A stretch of 64,000 bases of DNA, from assembly GCA_036172245.1 (NCBI GenBank), contig JAYWIR010000040.1, positions 372,001 through 436,000 of the forward strand, read 5' to 3'. Each line of letters opens with the position of its first letter. The first letter of the stretch is position 1. The translations under genes and the position numbers were made by a program. Origin of the DNA: Raillietiella orientalis (lineage: Eukaryota). Positions 25,700 to 39,429 of this stretch are shown here, piece by piece. A model generated the notes under the pieces. The model saw only the letters and a list, made by a program, of their open reading frames with translations, was not told where the DNA came from and searched no databases.

Positions 25700-26606
25700 T
25701 TTCCTTGCTTTCCCCCTAAGGGAATGATCTGTTTGACCAAGGACCAGTTCTTGGTGACAATTTATTTGTGCTTTGGGATTCTGCGGCAGCAACATCCAAG
25801 TCCAATCTTAGGGTGTCCTGTTCCCTTACCAAATTTAGGAATTCGTTCTCAAGTCTATCAGATACAAAATGACCAAATTCCTGCCTCGCAGAAGTCCTGT
25901 AATAGTTTTAGCATACGAAATCAATTTATCTTTGGGATTTTGTTTTCCTCTTAGGGGAAGGTGACTCGTTTTTTTTTTTTACTCGGATATACAGGAATAT
26001 TTCAAAGAGAGGACTTCTACAGTGTATCTCTAAATGTTTGCCATCTTTCTCCAGGGGACGTAGTGCTTATCACTATTTTTAATTTGGAAGACCACAAAAC
26101 TCTGAGCACGTCCTCCAGATAGACAGACACTCTAATTTTGGAGATGCTTTTCGCTATTAGTTCAATTCTAGTCTCTGAGACAACGATCTGAAGGTCAAAG
26201 TGCCGACTTTGACACGTTAGTTTCTGATCTCCAACTGTCCACTTCAAATGGTTTTTTTGTTGTTGTTCCTACCTTTAGGCTTAAGTGGGATTGTAATACT
26301 TCTTTGAGTTTTTGCATTTGTTGAGGAAATGTGACTTTTTTCCCTTCCTATCCCCTTTCTTAGGAAGGTTTCAGATTCTTGCTTCCTTCTTGAAATGCTT
26401 CCACACACAGTTCCATCAAAAGAGTTGAATCCTCAGGTAAATCTAGGACCTGCAGTGGCCACGGCTCAAAATAAAACTCCTACGTTAAAATGAGTGTTCA
26501 TTTGATTTGGTTTACATCAGTTGGTACTATGATGCAATGACCGCTAGATGGTACCCGATCTTCAAACAAAAGGAATGAATTTCCTCTACCTACTCCCCAC
26601 CTCCAC

Positions 26607-26642
<36 letters not shown>

Positions 26643-26900
26643 CTTGATGCTTGATGAAGGAACCGGACTTCGAGACAATAAGAAAACAAATTCTGTCTGA
26701 AGCAGCTCTCATTTGAATGACTCTGATAGATTTATCTTTTGCTTTCGGTCATATCTCTGTTCTTTTGGTAACTACAAACAGTGGTTTGACACGTTGTCTG
26801 GCGTTTTCTTCAAGCCATTCGTATCATCGGAGACTGCAACGATTTCTGCTTTTATACCAGGAGCTATTTTCTTCAGTGCACTTGCAAAAAATTGTAGAGA
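25700..26900 (-). mobile_element. Possible decayed reverse transcriptase (DIRS- or LTR-like)
   Basis: PLFVVTKR...KSIRVI (~26710-26785) followed by KIRVSVYLEDVL (~26105-26140), which resembles GIR...YLDD.L. Many stops; weak evidence. Confidence 0.35.
26611..26640. repeat. (CA)15 microsatellite
   Basis: Read directly from the sequence. Confidence 0.95.
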
Positions 26901-28026
26901 GAAAAACTGCCCCAAAAGTACCAACATCCGAACCTGAAGCTCCGTTTCCAACCTTAATTATTAACCCTTTTTCATCAAAAGATTCTTGAGATACATTTTC
27001 AGCTTCTCGAAATCAGCCGGCTCATCATTGAGGTTAAATTCATTACCTTGCCTAAATCAGCGCTCATTTCAATGAATTTCTAACTAATGAGGAAGGATTA
27101 GTGTTAGAGCCATTCCCTATCGAAGTGAAACTTCAACCCCAGCCTCATAAGCAGAGAAACGTTCCAGTTCATCCTAGTATGTTATTAGGTCGAATGTGGG
27201 TGGAAACTCGAATTTGAATGTGAAATTTTCCGGCTTTGTTACTCCTCGAAATGCCTTTTCCTGGCTGGGAGGGAGCTGCGTACTGATATATCTGACATGG
27301 TCATTTTTGAAAGTGTGGAGCCATGGTGGCTGGAGTGAAATTTCTGGTAAGGAACACATTTTGCAAACAAGAGAACTCTCTTCAAAGTTCCGGAATACGT
27401 CTCTGCAAAATGTTTCTACTGTCCTCCGGAGACCATGAAGTTGCCTTTGGAGGTATTCTTTATGGAAAAAGTTACTGTAACCAAGTGAATTTCTATAATA
27501 GCTTGGAAAAAAACTGTCGAGTTCTGTTGGCCTGTTGACTGTAGAGAGGATTTTCTCCAATGTTACAACTTGCTTCTCTCTAAGCAATGGTCCATTTGGC
27601 TTCTTTGCTGAGGAGACTTGAAAACCCTTCTGATAAGCAGGACGTGGAAGCATTAGTGATAACCAATGATGCAAAAACATTCTTTAAAGATTTAAGACGA
27701 CTGCCTCGCAATAATGGCTTAGTCCACTAGGTCCGTTTCAAAGTCTCGTATATAAAATCTTATGGCGGCGCTCTGGAAAGTCGCGAAAATCCAAGCTCAA
27801 GTAATTTTGTGCTTCGTATCTATCTTAGGGAAAAAGAGGAGATCGCTAACTGTAGGCCGTAATGACTTCTGGATTGAAGGATTGCAGTGCTAGTCTGCTG
27901 ATTCTAATCAGGCAATCGTTGAGTACTTCCAAAATCATCAATACTATACATGCGTAAAAACGGACATCTGCATCAGACAAACTGGCAGTATATTCCAGAT
28001 TTTCTTCCTAAGGCACATTTGCGAAC

Positions 28027-30043
28027 AGAAAGCGTTGCCATGGAAACCACAATCTCCACTGATCACTTATTCTGTCCATCCGCCTTCATCTGCCCTTGCA
28101 AGACGCACACCACAGCTTCTGGTAGGAGTAAGGAAGGGGCAGGTTTTGCCTCTCCCCTACTCTACCGACTGGAGCTGCCTCTGCTCCCACCCATCTCTGC
28201 CGGCTGCCGGAAGAGGTCGCGAGCCACGGCAGCTGGCTCCTGGCTCCCTTGGATCGCGCCGGGGGTACCAGTGATCTTCCGAGTCTCCTCACGACGCCGT
28301 TTGGAGCCGCAAATTTCGTAAACACACGAAGGGAAACGAGGGTAAAGGGCCCCACCACCCCGGGTCGGCACGAGGGGAATCGCGTCTCCTTCCCGTCACG
28401 AAGCACTCCCCTCCGAGGGAAAGGGGACATGTCATCAACCCGGAAGGGTCCTCCGGGAAGGCGCATTCCCACCTTCGGCGCAGGGAACGCCTCCGACCCT
28501 GCGCGAGCCTTGGAGGCGGCGGTGCTGCGGGCTGACCATGCCGAACGTTGCTTGAGACCCACCGACCGTCGGTCGAGCGGGACCCTGGAGCAGGAGGTAA
28601 GGCAACTCGGGGCACGGGAGCGGCGTAGCGTCAAGATGGCCCCATCTGGAAATCCTGAAACAGGAACTTGACGCCATCCTGGCAAGGATGCAGACGACAT
28701 CCTCCGGCACTTCGTGAGCCCTTTCCGATCCCTCCAAACTTTTCGTTTCTGTTTTGTTCTTTGGTTTTGTTTCCTTTTTCCTTTCGTCTTTTGCTTGCTG
28801 GAACGGGCCGCGCCGTGGAAAGCGTTTGCGGGGCTCCTCTCGCCCTCCCCCTCCCTGCTTTCTGTTTGCCGTGCCCCTGCGGCCGTCCAAAAAGAGACCG
28901 CCCGAGGTCCTCCTCCAGCGCCATCTCTGCTTTGGGGAGACGGACGGACCACAGCTTTCTGCTACGCAGAAGTCCGTCAACGGAACGCCAAGGTATGGTT
29001 GACGTACCCGCCCGTGGGGATGCCCAAGCCGATCCAGTCCGACCGTCCGGCCCACGTCGAGCCAGTCAGCACTATGGACGGCTTGGCCCTGTTCACCTCA
29101 AGTTTAGTCCCGCGGCTAAGCAACTCGGACGAGACCCCGAGTGCTGACGCCGGGCTGGACATGGGGAACAGCAGCAGAAGATCTCCAGCACGAGCCGACA
29201 CGGCAAGCGTGCCCGGACACGAGCGCGACGAGGGTTGCCACAGTCTCCCTGTATGCTCTCAGCACCAACTCGAAGCTCTGGCCGTAGGAGGGTCTGCTGC
29301 GCCGGTGCGGGCGGCCGTCGCAGGAAACTCGGGCTGGGCTCCGGCGAGCGGCGCCGTGACGACCGAAGAGCGCTGAGGTCCCTGACAGCGGAAGAAGACG
29401 CCAGCAGCGCCGCCGTGCTGAAGCCGGTCTCCAGAACCGCCGCTTTGTCAGGAGGAAAAAGGCGATGGGGTGTGGTCGGTCAGACCGCTTGCAGGGCGCG
29501 CGCGGACGGCGGCCGATTCGATTGCAACCCGCGTTCGCGCCTTCCCATTTCGGGAAGCATCCGGGAACGGAATGCGAACCGAGCCGCCAGCGGGACGCGC
29601 GCTTGAACCTTCGGCTCTTGCACTCCATCGGTCTCTATGGACCGCAACAGACGAAAAAGCTCGCCGAGGCTGCTCGCACGCTGAGGGCTGATACAAGGTC
29701 GCAGCCCCCTGCGAACTTTCTCCGCGCATCTCGCCCCGGCCGGCAAGCGGGGAGATCGAGGGATGGAACGTGGCTCACCAGTCCCAATGCTCCGGTGGCA
29801 AAGCCCCCTGGCGGCTCCGTCACAACCGAAGCCTCTGTGCAGCGGCAGCAACACGTGCAGCGCACCCACGCTCGATCGCTCGCTGATGCTCGTGGAGACC
29901 GGGAAGCACCTGGCAGGGAGGAACGGGAGCAGCGCATTCCGAACCATTCGATGCGCAAACGAACCTGGATGTCTTCTCGCTGCTTCGAAAGCTGTCGCGT
30001 GTCCACATTCGTGCAGGAGCTCGTCACGTCTTGCCTGGGGAAG
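28027..30043 (-). repeat. Left arm of a 2017-bp inverted duplication
   Basis: Reverse complement of 43835-45851. Paired coordinates sum to 73878 at both ends and for mirrored ORFs, so there are no net indels. Only four substitutions noticed (28799, 29780, 29808, 30021). Confidence 0.97.
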
Positions 30044-30699
30044 TGTGCTGTTGGAAAAAGACGAAGGGTGCGCTATTCCTCACTGCTCTGAAGCTTCCCT
30101 GGTGAACTGTGCTGCTCTCGGACCCCTATGGGAACGTTTCGCTGCGACCCTACATATCCCGACTGACGTTTCCAGGGAAGTAATTGTGGGCAAGACGCGC
30201 TACGACCGGCCCCTTCCTTAGCAGCGGCCCTCCTCATTGCGCTCGTGGGACTTCAGTGGTCCGCGCCGAAAGAGGGCGGGACGGAAGGGCCGCCACTCAG
30301 TGCGCCACTCGCGTCCTGCGGAGAGCAGGAAACTGCGGATAGCAGCCATATGGTCCCCCCTCGGGAGCGTGCAGAAGGGGTTTGCCGGTGTCTTGCAAAG
30401 GATGCAAGCGGGGCGCCTTCAAGCAGACTGCGATTCCATCCCGTGACCTCTGACGTTTTATTTATTCGGCTTTTTATTTTATTTTATTTTTTATGTTCCT
30501 CCCTCCCCCTCCCTCCATAGCCACTCTGCTGCCGAGACGAACCTCACTGGACTACGCGTTGGCACCTTGGCAGGTTCCCCGTATGGACGGGCGCGGTTGA
30601 ACCATGTGGCCTACCACTACCTTTCCGAGTTTTTTCAATGAGCACCCCGGTGTGACCGCGTGGCGACAGGAGGCGTGAGGTGGCCAGTTCGAGCACCAC

Positions 30700-31770
30700 C
30701 AAGAATAAAGCAGCCCGTGGACAGCAGGGGTCGTTGCCGTCCCAGTCGTGGGGGCTCCTCCGCTAAGGAGACACCGTAACTCTAAGGAAGGACTGCGTGG
30801 ACAATCACCTGGAACCTCCACTTAACCTTCGGGAATGCGGTGGCGCGGGAAAGAGATTGGAAAGAGCATGCGAGCAGGGCGGGATAGCGAACGGGACTTC
30901 GCCGCCGGCCCGCTCTGGAACGCGTCCCTCGAGCCCCGGTATCCGGTTCCCCGGGATTGAGGAAGCGAATTGTTATCGAGTCCCGAGGGAGTTTGGGGTT
31001 TTCCCTTCTGAAAGGCAGTCCTTCGATGGGATCACTCAGGATTCCACGAGTCAGGAACGCACACGGTATCCACCGCCTTTGCCTATCCACTTCGGTAAAG
31101 GGTGAACAGGAGCCTGGAACTCACGAAGGATGGACCTTTGCTCCTTCTGGGTCGCCGGGAGCACCGCCATCGCCGGACCTCGCGTCTGCAGCCTGGCATC
31201 AGGAACAGCAGGCGAGGACCACGGTGAGCCATAACCCTGGAGGCACATCGGCTTCGCTCTTGGATCCTTGGGGATCCAGGCTGCCGAATTCCATTTCTTC
31301 TTCAGAGCGTGGACGCAGCTTTCCTGTGGCGCCACTCTCTCCTCGAGGTGGGGGGAGGAAGATTCAGCAGGGAGGATGTCCCGTGGTTCCGCCGAGCCCC
31401 GAACGGGATGTGGAGCAGGGGGATCGAGAGCGGAGAGCGGTCGACGGCGCTCATTTGCCTACTGCCGTCGCCTGGCAACCCGGCCAGCTCGCCTCGCTGC
31501 CTCGCGCGGTTTGCCGGAAAGAGCGACCTCTGCGTTCCATGGGTTTTCCGAGCACACGGACCTCTGATCATGGAATGAAAAACGATCGCCTCCGTCCACA
31601 CGCCATGCCTGCCTGCTCCTCGATAGCCGCTGCCGAGTGTTGGCTTCCAGCTGAGCTTGGGCTCGCGGCTCTTGAATGTAGGGGTGCTCTTCGGATCGAA
31701 AGGCGCATCCCCTGAATTCCAAGATGAAGTTTACGGAAAAGCGCGCATTCAGTTTCCCCATCATCAGCTT
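30700..31770 (-). mobile_element. Decayed non-LTR reverse transcriptase (I/R1-like)
   Basis: Frameshifted motifs in order: VWTEAIV, VLGKPMER, FGARRNHGT, VP(Q)G..VL.PLLFL, PKL(L)G.LDN, LFQSLSRAT, AVLP*SYG. Confidence 0.55.
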
Positions 31771-33699
31771 TCCCCCTCATCGTTCTTTAGAACTCCCTTG
31801 GAGATTTACTAGCGGGGACACCGCTGCCCTCGCTAAGGTCCTTCTTGGACGGGAACCGAGGGCTCTTGACTTTCTGAGCCACCTTCATGAGCCAGCTGTG
31901 GACAGAACCGGCGAGGCCAGAGCCGGCTGGTCTTGGAGTCTTCTGCCAGGCGCAGGAACATTTCCGTGCGGGAGCGGAATCTTCAGGGAAGCTGCTGGCC
32001 TGCGTCGTCAATGCTGCACTTCAGCAAGCAGACGACCAGACCCGAAGAGTCCGCCGCGCGCAGTCTTTGAGGCTTTCGACCTTGAGGACCCGTCTCGCCA
32101 GAGGAGGAGAGGATGGCGAGGTACAAATGAACGTCTGTGAAGAAAAGGGAAAAAGAAAAAAAAAAGAAACAACAACCACATCACCATTGTCATCTTCCTT
32201 GGTCGGGCTGGCCAGAGGCTGGGATCGTGAGATTGTTGGATGGAGCCGCCGCGACCTTTCGATAGCAGCAGGAAATACTTCGTGTCTGGCTGCCGCTCAG
32301 CTCGCTTCATTCAAGGTCAGGGAGGCTCGCGGCCATCCATTTATAGATCGGGCAGCTGCTCACTGCAGCGTCTTCCTCCAAGTCTCTATTATCGGGAGAC
32401 CTCGCTGCTGGAGACGGGTTCGTCCACCGCTCTGCTTTGGCGTGCTTTAAAGGAATGGTGCTAGTGCTTTTGGACACTAGTACCGTTCTTTTAAAGTGTA
32501 GGAGTCTGCGTTAATGCTGCTTCATTGGGGGCCTCCCGTACAGCGCTTGTAGGGACGTTTATTTAAAAATAAATAAATTACAAGTCAGAAGGGACAGGGT
32601 CCCCTAACGCAATAACAACAACAACAACAACAAAAGTTCAATGGGAATGACCACCCTGGGTTGCACAAAAGACGAAACAGCACTTGCAGTCCAACTTTGT
32701 GGATGTTCAGGGTGCCCATGCCGGGATCCTGGAGCAGCGAAGGGGGAAGACAAGGTCACGGAGAATTCTGGCCTAAGTCTTCCAGTCTGCTTGTGATGTT
32801 TTCCTTGGTTACGGAGCTTGGTCGAGGGCATCTTTGCTGCCATCTTCATTACGGAGAGGATGAGACGAGCGGCCCTCCGATGGTGCCGCTGCCACACAAC
32901 GCATGCAGAGAGGCATCGCCAGTAATCCATCGGTCGAAACACCTCGCAGACCCGAAGAACCACCCCAGAAACTGCCGAGGAGTGTCCTCAGAAGAACAGC
33001 GTAAGTGAGAGGAAGAATGGCGCAGGTGCATCCGTCGGACCCATCTCTCGGAGGATCTATCACGTCTACCCTTGCTCTTACGTGAAGGAAAGGCGGAAAG
33101 ACTCTGCTACTCCTGTCGGAAGGCACCGCATTTATGTGGAAACCACGTGACTCGTAGAAGTTGCACCTCTGCCTCCTGAGCCGCGCTGGAGTATTGGATC
33201 TCCTTTCTATGCCGACCGAGCGCTCTCTTTTAAGAATCCCCTGCTCGAGGCCAAGTCCCCTTCCGCTCCCTTTCTCCCCATTAAGCTGCCATGAGAAACT
33301 TTCTTGGTGCAGGAAGCAAGAAATTCATTTCCTGAGATCCCCTTCGAGCTGCACTCCCATCCAAGTGAGGAATCTCTTCGGCGCAGTCCCAGTCCCTACA
33401 GCTTCCACAGACTCCTGGTGCTGCATCTGAAAGCGAAGGTGAAAAAAGAAATTCCAAATCGCACTTGGGATCGCACGAACTCAAGATCAAGTGCTGCTCC
33501 CAAGGAACTCTCTCCTCCACATCCAGAAGCCAAATGCACTCTGGACTATTGACTGGACTTGTGATAAATGATGATTATGATGATCGACCATTATCGCTAA
33601 CGATGGTTGATGGTGATGTCATCGATGACGACGGTGGTTTTCTTGATTGCTTCTGTCTTTGATGATCACGATGATGATTTCCAGCAGGAAGAGAAAACT

Positions 33700-34330
33700 T
33701 TGGAAGGAAGCACTAGATGATTCGGTTTGTCTTTCGTGCGTAGATGCAGTCTTGTGACCAATTGGCATATCAGGGAAGCTGAGTGTTTCCACTGAATTTT
33801 CGTGACTGGGAGGCAGGGAATCGCAGCCTCTGAATCTATTGCTGCGTCTGTTTCACTTTGCAACAAGCTGGGGGAGCTACGGCTCACCTGAATACCGCGT
33901 GCTGTATCGTGTGAACACGGACATCGCGCTACTTGGCCTCTCCGGATGCTCACGGAAGCTGTGCGTGCGACCCTTTTGCAGGACGACGCGGAGAGCCCCG
34001 TGGGAGCGCCGGGCTTATAAAAGGCCGACAGGCCGCTCACACGGAAGCGGCATTTCGCATCTCGAAGATTCGGAAAGGAAGAACGCAAGCCACTTGGGAG
34101 GAGGACACCAGCGATCCGTGCAGCTGTCTCTTGTCCACACCCCGTGGGCAAGAAGACTCTGCTCCTAGAATAACAGTCCGGAAGGCTGCACTGCACGGCG
34201 ACTTCCTCCAGAAGCATGTGGGACGCTCTCCCCGAAATCCAGCTGGCCACTCTGATTCTGGATTCGATCCACAATGCGGTCCAGCCAGCAGCTCTTCCAG
34301 AAGAGGTGCATTGCCGTGCGACCATTGCTC
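33700..34330 (+). mobile_element. Decayed LTR-retrotransposon integrase fragment
   Basis: Frameshifted motifs LSCVDA..TNW, SYGSPE, PRGSAGLIK (cf. PQSNG.VER) and WDALPEIQLA (cf. WD..LP.V.LA) in rve-domain order. Confidence 0.45.
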
Positions 34331-34544
34331 GTCTCGAAGGAGACCAAAGTTGCTTTCAACTCTTCGCCCTGATCATTTTGGAGTTTTTGCAGGCCGTCTT
34401 ACAGGAGGAAGAAAGCGCAAAGATGTATCGGTAGTGTGTCTTTACTTGTACTCCCGTGTTCATGGATCCCAAAACTTGGGAACTTCACCCTGAACGTCAC
34501 CTAAGTTAAAGAAAAAAAAAAAAAGGATGGAGAGACGAGGAGGA

Positions 34545-35030
34545 TGAGCATCGAGTGCCTTCTATGTCCGCGTCGGAGTTCGCGTGGCTGCAGTTTCCGC
34601 ACGTGGCACCACCAGGTGTCGCGGGTTCGGATACTCGGCGAGAATCGACTCCGAGAGTTGGCACATCGTCGGTTCGAGTTGCTCCCACAAGATAACGCTG
34701 GTTGGTCTACATTCATTCGAGTGCGGCGCTGATAGAGGTTGAAAGCGGATGCCCTGATGAGTGGCTGAGATTGGGAGTCGACCCTCCGGGCTCCTTCCAG
34801 GAAACAGAACCAAGGAGTGGGTAGTTCTCTAACAGTCGTACAAAGGAGAAAACCCCTTTTTCGCGGGGAACCTCGGTCTGGTACCATGGAGTAGGTGCGG
34901 CACCTCTCCAGAGTGCACAGAAGCGTGTCGCTCCCTTCTTGAAGTGCCCTTTTGAGAAATTTCGGAAGCTTCCCCTCGGGATTCTCTTCAGAGTAAACAG
35001 GAGCGGTTCCTTGCGGTCCGGAGTTGTCAC
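34545..35030 (-). mobile_element. LINE family 3' fragment (copy B)
   Basis: Clear nucleotide homology to 16150-16590, e.g. GGCATCCG(G/C)TTTCAACC and ATGAATGTAG(G/A)CCAACCAGCGT. Shares peptide GIRFQPL..PH..ECRPTSVIL. Confidence 0.8.
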
Positions 35031-36029
35031 TCGGTCGCGCCGGGACGTCTATTGATTAAAATGAACTCACAACTTTCGTGGTTCGAGGCCTCACAACGGC
35101 CAACTCAACAAGGGACCTGGCGGGTCGCCGGCACGCAGACTAGCGGGATAACATCGGCAGCAGAAGGGGATGGGAGAATACAAAAATGGAAAAAAGAATA
35201 AATAAAATTAAACAAAAACACTTGGGGCGGGAAGGGATTACTGTTCGCTGGAGGGATCCTGTATCCGTTCCAGGATGCCAGCAAGGTCTGTCCGGATAAT
35301 TCCAAGATGGGGTCATCCGACCGCTAGCTGCAGGAAGCTGCGAACTGGATGGTGATCCTTTCATCGTTTGTTCTTCAGTGGGCTTCTCTCCATGCCGTCA
35401 TGATTCCGCGGATGCAGCAGAGCGCAGCTAGGGCTGCGGCTGGCTGCAGGGCAAGAATCTTTGCAGGGCATCCCGGACGAAGAGGAGCCGTAAAACGTCT
35501 CTGGGGGAGGTGCCAGCCGGAATCCGGAAGGTCGTCCCCAAACGTTTCCAAAGGGTCGGAGGACAACGCGGTCCACAAGCAGGTGCGGGAGTGATTCCCA
35601 TTCCCCGACCTGACAGCCCGGGCTCTCCCTCCCCTACGTCCAGTGGTGTCGGCTCACGTTGCAGAAGAAACCCCAGTACAGCAACAGCAGGACCGACTCT
35701 TGCCACTTCCGGGGAGGGTGCTTATGTCCTTCAGAACTGGGGTCATTCCAGGTCTTCGGTTGGAATGCCGAGCAGCTCGCCTAAGTGTTGTAATCATCGT
35801 GGAAGGACACTCGGAGTCGCTGCGTCCTCCAGCTGTCCCGTGCTCCAACCGCTCATCAGCTTCCGCCTGCCTGAGATCTCGCAGGAGAATTCCCACCGCG
35901 GCCTTCGGCTGCTGCGAACTGTCTCCTTCTAGCCATGCGCTACAGTTGGTGGAGCAGCAAACCATCCATTCGTCCTCCTCTGCCAGGGTGACAATGCGAC
36001 TCAAGAGAAGATCGCATCTTCGCATCTTG

Positions 36030-36200
36030 GGGCGAAGGCACGAGAGAAAGATCCTTTCCGAGTTCCCTTCGGAGAAGAAAAAATGGAGCAGACCCCTTCC
36101 GGGTTCCCTTCAGAGACAACCAAGGTGGAGGTTCTCTCCGGGAATCCCTCGCCAGGCGTGAGAGGAAACCGAAAATCGCTCACCCAAAATACCGCGGAGG
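36030..36200 (-). mobile_element. LINE family internal fragment (copy F)
   Basis: The reverse complement contains TCTCTGAAGGGAACCCGGAA...TTTCTTCTCCGAAGGGA, matching ~16092-16145 of copy A. Adjacent 35.1-36.0 kb is probably related element sequence. Confidence 0.65.
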
Positions 36201-36399
36201 TGGAATTCTGCACCGATCAGTCACCATCCCGAGGTTCGATTTCAAATTTAGGTACGAAAAAGAAAAAACGATGCAAGAAGGGACGGAACTTTTGTTGACT
36301 CCGAAGTGCCTCCCACATTGCTGCTGCTACCAGCTGAACCATTCTATGGCCTAAGACCTAAGCCAGCGAGGGAGCAATGGCACACGGTTCGAAATGACA

Positions 36400-37100
36400 A
36401 CCATTGACGACGTGCATGGAGCTAAGGAAGGCGTCGTGTTCTCTAGCAGCTGAGGAGCTGTCCCCAACCATGCACTGAGCACAGTTCTGGCTGTCAGCGA
36501 AGATGCTTTTCTGGAGCACTGGCGTTTTCATCATCTGGGCACTCACTTGCGGGGAGAGCCATAGTCCAGCATTCTCAAAGAGATCAGCGTTGAGTTCCGC
36601 GCGGTTAGCGGAACAGCAATGGTTGTGACCGTTGTGATGGGGGGTTGTCGTCCAGGACGAACAGGAGAGTGGTGAGCTAATCCTCAGTCTGCCGCATGCT
36701 GGAGAGTGCGTCGTCACCGAGGCGTGAATACAGCAACGGGGCGTCAAAGCCATCGAAGAAGCGCGCTGAACCGGAAACGGGAATGATGGGTGTCGCCGTT
36801 CAAACAGAGTCGCGAACGGACCTTCCCACAAGATCTCGGAGAAGGAAAGGCATGGAAAAAGCGTCAGACTACGAAATCACTTCGAGTGTCCAGCAAGCCC
36901 AGCGGGAAGCGATCCTCACTTGGACCAGCGGATGGTGTGAAGACCTGGATTCGTTTCCAGGGGATTGCTGGGAGAGCGTTCTTTAATCGCACCCAGATAA
37001 CGGTGCACGAGCATCCCGGCTTCTTAAGAGGTTCACCAGGGAACGAACATGGTTCCTGGACTGTTCCAGAAGGGACCATGAGCGGCGATCGGACGGCTCT
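36400..37100 (-). mobile_element. Decayed Ty3/gypsy-like reverse transcriptase
   Basis: Frameshifted motifs in gypsy RT order: EPCSFP..PLKKPG (cf. SPWS.P.VLVKK.DG), PF.TLFE...FPF (PFGLFEF..MPFG), FVLDD (YLDD), ENAGLWLSP (AGL.L.P.KC). Confidence 0.45.
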
Positions 37101-39429
37101 CATGAGGAGAAATCAATGCCACTCATCTTCCACTTAAGCACCCATGGATTTCGGTGACCCGATCGGTGACGAATTCATAACGGAGCTGCAGCATCCACAT
37201 GCTTAGAATGGGATACGCTCCTGTGGCCTGTGCTACAATGCATTTTCCTATCGTTTCACGGAACAGCATCCGGGACACGATTAGTGTGATTAATGAGATC
37301 TGGGCGTGTTGCTGCGCCGCCTATCACGTGTAAACATCGAGTGGAAGTAGATGACATATGTCTCTGGGTCAAGTTTGCTTTGTCTCACTGACAAGTGAAG
37401 AGTGGCTGAGAGAATAGACATCTGCTTATACGCTGGCATGCGGCAGTGTCCACTGTACATACATCATGGAAATATCATTGTGTCAGGATTGCAATCGGTA
37501 CAAGATGATGCACTGATGGTTGTTTGCAGATGCCGCACCCACATAAATTCTGCCGACTGCCTCGAGACCATCGTGGAGCTTCCCCTTGGCGGGATCTCCG
37601 CATCTTTGAGGTGCTTTCAGGAGGCGCGCGCTCTTCCACGCCGGAGTCGCGTTTTGAAGTGGCGGGCCCTTGTGAAGCATCACGGAGTCTATCTTCGCCC
37701 ATCCGTCACTGTCACGAGTAGCAGGGTGCTGCAGAGTCTCGGCGATATTCGGTTCGAATCAGGGCGAGACGGTCTCCTCCGTGGACGCCTCCGTTGCTGG
37801 GCAACTAGGAGTCGGGCAGCTTCCCCTGCGAAGGTTCCTCCTGCAAAAGAACCTGTCTTTGTCCGCACACCAAGAGGCAGCAGCAGCGCAAATGGAGCTG
37901 TCGCCCCGTTGTGAGACCCTCTCCTCTCCTTCACGGCTTTATGAAGTCACAGGCGAACGTCACCGAATTTACGGCATTTTTTTTTCTTCTTTCTCCTTTT
38001 GGACGCAACTTTTTAGAGGAAGTGATTTATGCGCGCACGCTGTTGTGTGCTTCACTTCCCCTACTTCCCTGGCTTTGCGGCTGCATCCCATTTTTTTTTT
38101 TCTTTTGTTTCGCCAGCATCCATAAATCAGAGCAACAGAGGTCGAGGGCTCTGGAAATGCTTACAGAAGACCGGAAAAAAAAAAAAAAACTGGAGTGGGT
38201 GCTGAGTCGTTTAGGACAACCAAAAACAGTACTACCGCCGTTGTGCAACTCCTTTTCCTCACTCACTGGAAGAACAGAAGCTAAGAAGAAGGAGATCTAG
38301 TGCACCCGAGAGCATTGAAAAGTCCCTCGTTGAATGCTGAGCATCCCCTGCTCCGTCCAGCCACGTTGTTCATTTATTTTCCTGTCGCCGATAGCAACAG
38401 CGTCAGAGCTGCCAGTGTACACCTGCAGCCCTGACTCCGCCGCCACCATGCCCGCTTTTTCCTCCAAGTGCTAAAGGTACCGCTGGACCGGAGAGCAAAG
38501 AAGCTCGCTTGGTCCCCACGGGCACGGCTTGGTGGAATTCATGGCAGGGGTGGGGAATCCACCAAGGGGGGACGAGCGCCTCAAGGACAGTAGTTCGCGG
38601 AAGGTACGCGGAGGAGTTCGCCCCGAGAGCTTAGGTTCTTGCGTTCTCACCTGGGTACGCGGGGCGTTTACTTTAATAAAAATAAACATTTGCAGAAGAC
38701 TGTGGTTGGATCTCCGGTCCAACCACGTCCAGTTCAAAACAAACCCTCCGGGTTATCGGTTGGCAGACCGGTGAGGCCCACGACGGCAGCAGAGGGGATG
38801 TGGACAGAAAAAATAAACAAGACTAAAGTAAATAAGTAAAGTTTCGGGGAAAAGAGTTCGCATTTTCTGTATCCTTTCGAGGGTACCAGCAAGCTCTTGC
38901 TGCATACGGTTGTTCAGGTGGAGCCATCTCGTTTCCATCCTCGTGAATCGGACAGCAACGTGGATGGTATTCCTCTCGCTTGACCCTCCTCTTGCGTCGC
39001 TCCAGGCCGCTACAATCCCGCGTAGGCAGCAAAGAGGCTGCGAGAGTGCCGGCCGAAGTGCGTTGCGTAGGAGGAGGGGTCGTAAAGCGTCCCTGGAGTT
39101 GTTGCCGGGGGTTCACAAGCGTTGCCAGGGAAGCCAGAGAGCGACACAATCCACAAGCAGGCGAGAGAGGGATTCGCCCTCCCGGAACCTGGCACTGTTC
39201 GGGTCCACCCCCTTCCCCCGTGTCCAGTGATACCTACAAGCGTTGCACGGGAGACCCCAATTCAGCAGCATAAACTCAGACTCCTGCCACTTTAAAGGGA
39301 AGTTGCGGGTGTCCAAAAGCACTGGGGATCACTACAGATCACACACCGGAATATCCGGCAGCTCTCCCCAGAGTAGAATTCCTCAGGATGGGGCACTCAC
39401 TGACTCCGTAAGCTGGCCCGTCGTTCACT

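Noticed and set aside
27174..27680. 168-aa minus-strand ORF as a host gene
   Set aside because: No recognisable family or exon structure; it lies next to a probable retroelement relic.
38950..39320. Second integrase relic on the minus strand (LNWGLP, RFTTP)
   Set aside because: Only two short motif resemblances; too weak to call without an HMM search.
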